Position numbers and translations under genes: made by a program. DNA of 64,000 bases from an uncultured Clostridia bacterium (GTDB lineage: Bacteria; Bacillota; Clostridia; Christensenellales; Borkfalkiaceae): the NCBI GenBank assembly GCA_947623655.1, contig CANQHG010000007.1, positions 20,390 through 84,389 of the forward strand. The letters run 5' to 3'. Every line of letters starts with the position of its first letter. Position 1 is the first letter of the stretch. The notes below the pieces were generated by a model. The model was not told where the DNA came from, did no database searches, and was given only the letters and a program-made list of their open reading frames with translations. Of this stretch, positions 57,420-64,000 are shown in pieces.

Positions 57420-58201
57420 CAGAAGAGTCTTCTGAAAAACAGCTCTCGAAAAAAGAGCTCAAAGCCGAGCAAAAAAGGTTGAAAAAGCAGGAAAAAATGC
57501 AAAAAAAGCGGGAGAAGGCGATGAAAAAACGCAAACTTCTCTTTCCTGCCAACAAAAAGGGAAAGCATGTAATGCACATGATGAACTTTCTCCGCTTTCT
57601 CTTTTATCCCGTGCATTTTTTGATTTACCCTTATAAATTGTACGGACACAAAAAAGTGGGGCTCGGGGCATATATTTACATGGGCAATCACTACTGCATC
57701 TGGGACGTCTTCTATCCCGCTCGAACGACGGGAGAGGGGATCCATTATCTCATGAAAGAACCTCTTCTCTATGTACCCGTCGTTGGCTATTGGGCGAGGA
57801 GCGTGGGGGCAATTCCCGCAATGAGAGACGGATCGGATGTGAGAACGTTGATGGAAGCGATGAAAGTCTTAAAGAACGGCGAAAAGATATCTCTTTTCCC
57901 GGAGGGAACGCGGAATAAGGTTTCCGATGAAGAGTTTCTTCCGTTCCACGGCGGGGCGGCGCTTCTTGCGATCAAAACAAAAACGCCCGTTATCCCTTTC
58001 GTCATCTGTAACAGGCCGCGCGTCTTTCATGTCACGCACGTTGTTTTCGGCGAGCCCATGGAGCTCTCGGAATATTACGGCAAACGCATGACGCCCGAAG
58101 ACTATGCTGAAGCGGACGAAAAACTCAAAAACAGGCTGTATGGACTGCGCGAAGAGCATCGCGCTTTCCTTGTGGCAAAAAAGAAAAAGAAGGAAAAATA
58201 A
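57416..58201 (+). CDS. 1-acyl-sn-glycerol-3-phosphate acyltransferase-like (PlsC family) with a Lys-rich N-terminus
   Basis: HX4D box GNHYCIWD and FPEGTRN. ATGA overlap with cmk. Confidence 0.8.
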   Translation: MTEESSEKQLSKKELKAEQKRLKKQEKMQKKREKAMKKRKLLFPANKKGKHVMHMMNFLRFLFYPVHFLIYPYKLYGHKKVGLGAYIYMGNHYCIWDVFYPARTTGEGIHYLMKEPLLYVPVVGYWARSVGAIPAMRDGSDVRTLMEAMKVLKNGEKISLFPEGTRNKVSDEEFLPFHGGAALLAIKTKTPVIPFVICNRPRVFHVTHVVFGEPMELSEYYGKRMTPEDYAEADEKLKNRLYGLREEHRAFLVAKKKKKEK

Positions 58202-60565
58202 TTGAAGGTCATCGTTGCGAAAAACCGCGGTTTCTGCGCGGGCGTAAAACGTGCCGTCGATACCGCTCTCTCCGTCCCGCCCGAAAATACTTACGTTTTG
58301 GGCGAACTGATCCACAATAAAGAAGTCGTGGGTCGTCTGTCTGCGCGGGGAATATCGACCGTTTCGTCGCCCGACGAAGTGCCGCGCGGCGCTTCGCTCA
58401 TTATTCGTTCCCATGGCGTCGGGCGGGAGATCTACGAAAAATGCAGAGAAAAAGAGATCCGCGTGATCGATTGTACCTGTCCATTTGTCCGCCGTACGCA
58501 GGAGATCGTCCGCCAAGCGGGTGAAGAAAAAAAGACCGTTCTTATTGTGGGGGAACCCGACCATCCGGAGGTAAAAGGGCTCATCGGACAGTGCGACGGC
58601 GACGTCTATGTCTACTCCGACGAGCAAGCCGATTTTTCGCGTTTTCACGGTAAACAGGTCGTTTTGGTGTCTCAAACAACCTTTTCCGAGCAAAGATTTT
58701 TAAAAATTGCAAAAAATCTTAAAAATGCATACCCCAAAACAGTTGAGATTTTTCGAACAATTTGTTATACTACTGTCAGTAGGCAAAAAGAGGCGGAAAA
58801 ACTGTCCGAAATTTGCGACGCCGTGCTGGTGATCGGGGGTAGCAACAGCAGCAACACGGCGAAACTGTGCGAAATTGCGTCGGCAAAGGGAAAGCCGGTC
58901 ATTTGGCTCAACGGCGCGGACGATTTCGAATATGAAAATATCAAATTTTTTAAAAGGGTCGGCATCATAGCGGGAGCGAGCACTCCCGATTGGCAGACTC
59001 AGGAGGTTCTCTTCAAGATGGCAGAAAACAATGCGGAAGTACAGGAGACGACCGAGGTCGTCGAAGAAACGCCCGTGACTGAAGAGGTTACGGTGACGCA
59101 GGAGGCTGTTCCTGCATGTGACGCGGCAGAACCCGCACCCGAAACACAGGAAACGCCCGCGCCCGAAGCGGCGGAACCCGCGCCTGAGGCACAGGAAACT
59201 GCGCCTGTTTGCGATGCAGCGGAACCTGCACCCGAGGCACAGACGGAGCCCGCAGCCGAAGCGGCGGAACCTGCGCCCGAGGCACAGCAGGGCAACCTGA
59301 TGGAAAAAGTCGTGGAAGATCTCGGCAAGAACGTGCGTTACAAGAAAGGGCAGATCATCTCCGCAAACATCGTATCCGCAACGGACGAAGGAGTTTACGT
59401 TTCGGCGTCCGGCAAGCTTGAAATTCTTCTTGCGAAAGAAGAACTCGACTGTGAAGCATACAGCCGCGAGGCATATGCGGCGCGCGTCGGGGAAGAGATC
59501 CAGCTCATGGTTATGGAGATCACCCCCAAGGTGAAGCTCTCCGAAAAAGCTCTGAAAAAGATCAAGGAAGATGAGGCTCTCGTCAAGGAGATCGAGGGCG
59601 GCAAGGAGTTCAGCGTGGTCTGCACGGGCTTCAATAAGGGCGGCCTCACGGCTGAGCTCGGGACATACCCCGTATTCGTCCCCGCGAGCGAGATCCGTTC
59701 GGGCTATGTCAAAGACCTTGAAAAATATAAGGGAAAGGTTTTAAGACTCAAACTTCTCGAGATCCGTAAGGAACGCAGAAAGGAGATCATCGCTTCCCAA
59801 CGTGTTATTCTCGAAGCCGAGAAAGCGGAGCGCGAAGCTGTGAAAGCGCAAAAAGAGGCCGAATTCTTCGATTCCATCAACGTCGGCGACGTTGTAGAAG
59901 GTAAGGTAGAGCGCGTGACCACGTTCGGCGCGTTTGTCTCCGTGAATGGGTTTGATTGCCTCGCTCACATATCCGATCTTTCGTGGACGGGCGTTAAGGA
60001 TGTCAGCGAAGTGCTCGAGATCGGCAAGCGCTATGAGTTCAAGGTCCTCAAAGTGGATCGTGAAAGCAAGAAAGTCTCCATCGGCTACAAGCAGCTTCAG
60101 CCTCAGCCTTGGGATCTTGCCGCAGAGAAGTATGAGGAAGGCGACGTCGTACACGGTAAGGTCGTCCGCATCGTTCCTTTCGGCGCGTTTGTCGAAATCG
60201 AAAAAGGAATCGACGGTCTCGTCCATCTCTCTCAGATTTCCCATGAATGGCTCGAAAATCCCACGTCTGTCCTCTCCATTGGCGAGGAAGTCGACGCGAA
60301 GATCATTAAATTCGTTCCCGAAGATAAGAAGATCAACCTTTCCATCAAGGCGCTTCTTCCCCGTCCCGAGTTTGAACCTCGCCACGAGCGCGATGAGAAC
60401 GCCGCCAATAACGGGCAAGCTCGCCGTGCGCGTAAAAACAACAGGCGCGGCAATGCCGGTGGCGAATATGAAGAGGGCGAAGAGTACAGAGAGTGGACGG
60501 AGGGTGGCTACGGCGGCGCTTCCATCGCGGATCTGCTCGGCGGCAACGACGACGAAAACAAATAA
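58202..60565 (+). CDS. ispH: Fusion protein: 4-hydroxy-3-methylbut-2-enyl diphosphate reductase (IspH) plus 30S ribosomal protein S1
   Basis: N-terminal FCAGVKRAV and LytB fold. Acidic/Pro-rich linker. Four S1 motifs in the C-terminal half (GKVERVTTFGAFV, GKVVRIVPFGAFVEI). TTG start. This fusion is known in Clostridia. Confidence 0.88.
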   Translation: MKVIVAKNRGFCAGVKRAVDTALSVPPENTYVLGELIHNKEVVGRLSARGISTVSSPDEVPRGASLIIRSHGVGREIYEKCREKEIRVIDCTCPFVRRTQEIVRQAGEEKKTVLIVGEPDHPEVKGLIGQCDGDVYVYSDEQADFSRFHGKQVVLVSQTTFSEQRFLKIAKNLKNAYPKTVEIFRTICYTTVSRQKEAEKLSEICDAVLVIGGSNSSNTAKLCEIASAKGKPVIWLNGADDFEYENIKFFKRVGIIAGASTPDWQTQEVLFKMAENNAEVQETTEVVEETPVTEEVTVTQEAVPACDAAEPAPETQETPAPEAAEPAPEAQETAPVCDAAEPAPEAQTEPAAEAAEPAPEAQQGNLMEKVVEDLGKNVRYKKGQIISANIVSATDEGVYVSASGKLEILLAKEELDCEAYSREAYAARVGEEIQLMVMEITPKVKLSEKALKKIKEDEALVKEIEGGKEFSVVCTGFNKGGLTAELGTYPVFVPASEIRSGYVKDLEKYKGKVLRLKLLEIRKERRKEIIASQRVILEAEKAEREAVKAQKEAEFFDSINVGDVVEGKVERVTTFGAFVSVNGFDCLAHISDLSWTGVKDVSEVLEIGKRYEFKVLKVDRESKKVSIGYKQLQPQPWDLAAEKYEEGDVVHGKVVRIVPFGAFVEIEKGIDGLVHLSQISHEWLENPTSVLSIGEEVDAKIIKFVPEDKKINLSIKALLPRPEFEPRHERDENAANNGQARRARKNNRRGNAGGEYEEGEEYREWTEGGYGGASIADLLGGNDDENK
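59118..59290 (+). repeat. Coding tandem repeat (about 45-48 bp, 4 units) in the IspH-S1 linker
   Basis: GC(G/A)GC(A/G)GAACC(C/T)GC(A/G)CC(C/T)GA(A/G)(A/G)CACAG recurs at about 59123, 59168, 59216 and 59261, encoding AAEPAPEAQ units. Confidence 0.8.
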
Positions 60566-60582
60566 TTCTCTTTAAATTTACG

Positions 60583-60611
60583 AAAAATCCGCTTAATTGC
60601 GGATTTTTTTG
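60583..60611 (+). terminator. Terminator after ispH-rpsA
   Basis: AAAAATCCGCTTAATTGCGGATTTTTTT. Confidence 0.75.
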
Positions 60612-60649
60612 TTTATATATGTTTGAAAGAAAAAACAAGGAGAAAAAAA

Positions 60650-62467
60650 ATGGACAGACAGGGCAATATCCGCATATCAAGCGAAAATATGATGCCGATC
60701 ATCAAAAAATGGCTTTATTCGGAGAAGGACATCTTTCTCCGCGAGATCGTCGCAAATGCGTCGGACGCGATTACGAAGTATAAAAAGCTCATCGATCTCG
60801 GCGAGACTGCGGCGGAGGAGCACTATAAAATTACCGTCACCACAGACGATAAGGCGGGAACGCTTACCGTTGAAGACAATGGCGTCGGCATGACGGAGGA
60901 AGAGGTCGAAAAGTACATCACACAGATCGCTTTTTCGGGCGCGGCGGATTTCGTGGAAAAGTACGAAAAAGCGGGCGGGGATGGCATCATCGGGCACTTC
61001 GGGCTCGGCTTTTATTCTGCCTACATGGTTTCCGACAATATCGAGATCGTTACGAAATCTTACCGCGACGGCGCTACAGGCGTGCACTGGGAATCGGACG
61101 GCAACAGTACGTATACGATCGGACAGTGCGAAAAAGAGGGACACGGGACCAAAGTCATCATGCACCTTGCAAAAGAGGAGTCTGAATTTTTGCACGAAAG
61201 CGAGATCAGACGTCTTCTCAACAAGTACTGTTCTTTCATGCCGTATGAGATTTATCTCAATCCAAAGGGCGAGGACGACAAGCCCGTAAACACGCCCGAA
61301 CCTCTTTATCTGAAACAGCCCAAGGAGTGCACGGAAGAGGAGTACAAGTCCTTTTACCGCGACACTTTCAACGATTTCAACGAACCGCTCTTTTGGATCC
61401 ATCTGAATATGGATTATCCTTTCCGCGTCAAGGGCATTTTGTATTTTCCCAAAGTCAAGAAGCAAGTTGAATTGGAGCGCGGACAGGTCAAATTATACTG
61501 TAATCAGGTGTACATTGCCGATAATATCAAGGAAGTGATTCCGGAGTTTTTGATGCTTTTGAACGGCGTGATCGACTGTCCCGACATTCCTCTCAATGTC
61601 TCCCGTTCTTTCCTTCAGAATGACAGGCAGGTACAGAAGATCGCCGCGCATATCACCAAAAAGGTCGCGGACAGACTCACCGAGCTCTATCGCAACGACA
61701 GGGAAAAGTACGAGAATTGCTGGAACGACATTGCAACTTTCGTTAAATTCGGTTGTATCAAAGATGAGGAATTCTATAAAAAGGTAAAGGATATCATTAT
61801 TTACAAGAACATTTCGGGCGTTTATCAGCCTATCGAGAGCTATTTCGGCGAAGAAGTGAGCGATGAAGACGCCAAGGCAGGCAAGGAGCCGCAGGCTGCG
61901 TATTATGTTTCCGACGAAAACAAGCAGGCGCAGTATATCAAGATGTTCAAAGATGCGGGCCTCGACGCTATTGTCTGCAATACCTACATCGATCCGCATT
62001 TTATCAGCTATATCGAGTATAAGAATCCCAAGCGCGTGAGATTTTTGCGCATCGATGCGGATGTCGCGGGGGCATTGAAAGAGACAGGGGCAGAAGAGGA
62101 TCAGGAGATCGTCGGCGTTTTCACTAAGGCGCTCGAGGGAAAAAACGTCAAGGTCAAGACGGAAAAACTCAAAAACGCCGCTGTACCCGCCGTCATCAAC
62201 GTCTCCGAATTCATGCGGAGAATGAACGAGATGCACAGCTTCTATCAAATGGGTGAGTCACCTGAGGATCTGACTCTCATTGTCAACAGCGCATGTCCCG
62301 CAGTCGCCGCTCTTAAAGACGCACCCGAAGAGGCACAAAAGGTCGGCGCAATGCAGATCTACTATCTCGCCTTGATGAATTACCGCCAGCTTACCGCCGA
62401 AGAGACGGAGGCATTCTCCGCAGGTTATACCGACGTTCTTTTGAATTATTTGAAAGAGAGACAATAA
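60650..62467 (+). CDS. htpG: Molecular chaperone HtpG (Hsp90)
   Basis: LYSEKDIFLREIVANASDA, FGLGFYSAYMV and PLNVSRSFLQ. ATG at 60650 follows AAGGAG. Confidence 0.93.
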   Translation: MDRQGNIRISSENMMPIIKKWLYSEKDIFLREIVANASDAITKYKKLIDLGETAAEEHYKITVTTDDKAGTLTVEDNGVGMTEEEVEKYITQIAFSGAADFVEKYEKAGGDGIIGHFGLGFYSAYMVSDNIEIVTKSYRDGATGVHWESDGNSTYTIGQCEKEGHGTKVIMHLAKEESEFLHESEIRRLLNKYCSFMPYEIYLNPKGEDDKPVNTPEPLYLKQPKECTEEEYKSFYRDTFNDFNEPLFWIHLNMDYPFRVKGILYFPKVKKQVELERGQVKLYCNQVYIADNIKEVIPEFLMLLNGVIDCPDIPLNVSRSFLQNDRQVQKIAAHITKKVADRLTELYRNDREKYENCWNDIATFVKFGCIKDEEFYKKVKDIIIYKNISGVYQPIESYFGEEVSDEDAKAGKEPQAAYYVSDENKQAQYIKMFKDAGLDAIVCNTYIDPHFISYIEYKNPKRVRFLRIDADVAGALKETGAEEDQEIVGVFTKALEGKNVKVKTEKLKNAAVPAVINVSEFMRRMNEMHSFYQMGESPEDLTLIVNSACPAVAALKDAPEEAQKVGAMQIYYLALMNYRQLTAEETEAFSAGYTDVLLNYLKERQ

Positions 62468-62483
62468 ATTTCGCTTTTAGATA

Positions 62484-62512
62484 TTGACATTTTATATGTG
62501 GAATGATATAAT
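62484..62512 (+). promoter_or_regulatory. csp promoter
   Basis: TTGACA, 17 nt spacer, TGaTATAAT (extended -10). Leaves a 5' UTR of about 55 nt. Confidence 0.6.
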
Positions 62513-62571
62513 GTTTCTCGGTACGGGAAATTCGAGACATTTCTTATGCCGTACCAATAGGAGGTAACAAA

Positions 62572-62784
62572 GTGAACGGAACTGTTAAATGGTTCAACGA
62601 TGGTAAGGGGTTCGGATTTATTGCCAACGACGAGGGGGGAGACGACATTTTTGTGCATTACTCCGCCATTCAGATGGACGGTTTCCATACGCTGAAGGAA
62701 GGACAGAAAGTATCGTTTGATACGGCTCCCGATCCCAAGAACAGCGGGAAGTTACGTGCAATCAATGTTGTCCCGCTTTCCTGA
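62572..62784 (+). CDS. Cold-shock protein (CspA family)
   Basis: [15 protein letters not shown] (RNP1) and DIFVHYS (RNP2). GTG start after AGGAGG. Confidence 0.93.
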   Translation: MNGTVKWFNDGKGFGFIANDEGGDDIFVHYSAIQMDGFHTLKEGQKVSFDTAPDPKNSGKLRAINVVPLS

Positions 62785-62800
62785 CAAACATGGGGAAAAG

Positions 62801-62827
62801 AAAAAACACGCTTCGGCGTGTTTTTTA
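62801..62827 (+). terminator. csp terminator
   Basis: AAAAAACACGCTTCGGCGTGTTTTTT. Confidence 0.75.
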
Positions 62828-62877
62828 TATAAAAATCAATCTGATATGACGGAAAAGTTATCTACTATGGCGCATTT

Positions 62878-62964
62878 GTCATAGACGAGCTCATGCCTAA
62901 ATGCCAAATTGACTTTTTGACCGCTTGATTTTTCTGTGCGTTTATGATATGATGGGAACGATAA
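62878..62964 (+). repeat. 87-bp upstream module, copy 1 (before the TfoX-N-like gene)
   Basis: GTCATAGACGAGCTCATGCCTAAATGCCAAA...TTTTGACCGCTTGATTTTTCT...ATGATATGATGGGAACGATAA. About 85% identical by eye to 63347-63433. Confidence 0.85.
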
Positions 62965-62985
62965 ACAGGAATGAGCGGAGGAATT

Positions 62986-63303
62986 ATGCCGTCAAGCAAG
63001 GAATATTTGAATTTCATTTTAGAGCAACTATCCGATTTAAAGGACATAGCTTGCAAGCCCATGATGGGCGAATTTCTTATTTACTATCGCGGTAAACTTG
63101 TCGGTGGTATTTACGATGACAGATTACTTGTAAAACCCGTGAAATCCGCTCTATCCTATTTGTCGGAAGCGGAGTATTCCTTGCCGTATGAGGGTGCAAA
63201 AGAAATGCTCAATGTGGACAATGTGGACGATAAGCTTTATTTAACAGGATTATTTGAGGCAATGTATGATGACCTGCCAATGCCGAAAATGAAAAAGCGG
63301 TAA
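62986..63303 (+). CDS. TfoX N-terminal-domain-like small protein
   Basis: YLNFILEQLSDL...MMGEFLIYYRGKLVGGIYDDRLLVK fits the TfoX_N pattern. ATG follows GGAGGA. Confidence 0.6.
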   Translation: MPSSKEYLNFILEQLSDLKDIACKPMMGEFLIYYRGKLVGGIYDDRLLVKPVKSALSYLSEAEYSLPYEGAKEMLNVDNVDDKLYLTGLFEAMYDDLPMPKMKKR

Positions 63304-63346
63304 GGTCAATTTAGCGGAGTAAAAAAAGCGAGGGCAGTTTGTCTTC

Positions 63347-63433
63347 GTCATAGACAAGCTCACGCCTAAATGCCAAAGTACAGTTTTGACCGCTTGATTT
63401 TTCTATTTGAATATGATATGATGGGAACGATAA
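63347..63433 (+). repeat. 87-bp upstream module, copy 2 (before the DUF3885-like gene)
   Basis: Same module as 62878-62964, including TTGATT, 17 nt spacer, TATGAT promoter-like boxes. Confidence 0.85.
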
Positions 63434-63461
63434 GTGTTAATTTAGCAGGGATAATAAAAGA

Positions 63462-64000
63462 ATGAATGCGATTGAAGAAATGATACGAAATAGGAATTTC
63501 AAATACGAGCCGCCTTATTTTTATAACAATCCTTTTTCATTGCGGTGTGAATTGGGTATTGGCGAAAGCAACGAGGCGTATTTGACTATCGCAAAGAAAA
63601 GAGCGGCGGAAATTTTTAATATTCTATTTGAAAACAATGTCGATTTGTTCTTCTTTGACAATTACATATATGACTTTGATTTTGATACGGGAAAAACTGT
63701 GTATATCAATAACCTGATTTCATTGGAGAAAAAGCGGCTTAAATTCTCTTTGGGCTATCAAAAGAAGTTTAAGCACGTAATTATTAGGGATATCCCCTTT
63801 GATAAAGATGACGATAATAACGACGAAATTGTTCGAAGAAATCGAATTTGTTGTTATCCGAATAAGAAATTCAACGCTATTGAGGCTATAAACTCTCAAA
63901 TTGACAATCAAGAAAATCCGATTATCCATTTCGTATCATTTAACAATAGCTGTATATTCTCGGTATATGATGATAGAGGGTGCAATATCGTGTTCTTCGA
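63462..64000 (+). CDS. Hypothetical protein, possibly DUF3885-like, 3' end cut by window edge
   Basis: Frame translated by hand is open from ATG 63462 to the window end (MNAIEEMIRNRNFKYEPPYFYNNPF...SVYDDRGCNIVFF). It is missing from the ORF track because no stop lies in the window. The family call is from memory of the YDDRG motif only. Confidence 0.5.
   Translation, partial: MNAIEEMIRNRNFKYEPPYFYNNPFSLRCELGIGESNEAYLTIAKKRAAEIFNILFENNVDLFFFDNYIYDFDFDTGKTVYINNLISLEKKRLKFSLGYQKKFKHVIIRDIPFDKDDDNNDEIVRRNRICCYPNKKFNAIEAINSQIDNQENPIIHFVSFNNSCIFSVYDDRGCNIVFF

Overview
The window looks like a Firmicutes/Clostridia-type chromosome segment, judged from gene content and order, GGAGG-type ribosome-binding sites and TTGACA-N17-TATAAT promoters. 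It is mostly core housekeeping. In order:
- miaB (5' end cut by the window edge), mutS, mutL, miaA and a YnbB-like PLP enzyme
- upp
- an SPFH protein followed by an ABC-2 exporter, two orphan membrane proteins and an Arc-like RHH gene
- a PuuR-like regulator with potABCD on the minus strand
- rpsT and murI
- a dcw cluster: mraZ, rsmH, ftsL-like, PBP, murE, mraY, murD, ftsW, murA, ftsQ-like, ftsA, ftsZ (no murF or murG)
- groES-groEL on the minus strand
- dCMP deaminase, ppiB, purB, galE
- tRNA-Trp, rnhA and a TVP38-family membrane protein
- a Na+-decarboxylase cluster
- an HI0933-type flavoprotein
- aroH::cmk, plsC and ispH::rpsA
- htpG and csp

There are two accessory patches. The first (about 42.6-50.3 kb) holds a tyrosine recombinase bracketed by inverted repeats, an acidic tandem-repeat ORF, a TetR-linked redox gene set with two nonsense-interrupted genes, and a low-GC lipoprotein patch. 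The second (62.8-64.0 kb) is low-GC and carries small TfoX-N-like and DUF3885-like genes behind a duplicated 87-bp upstream module.

I found no rRNA, CRISPR array, prophage structural genes or conjugation genes.

The observation I cannot explain with standard features is a 28-30 bp motif built on the perfect palindrome GCATAGTACTATGC. It has five co-oriented copies, several in frame inside or at the start of unrelated genes. All functional calls rest on my reading of the translated ORFs and on remembered family signatures. No database search was run.
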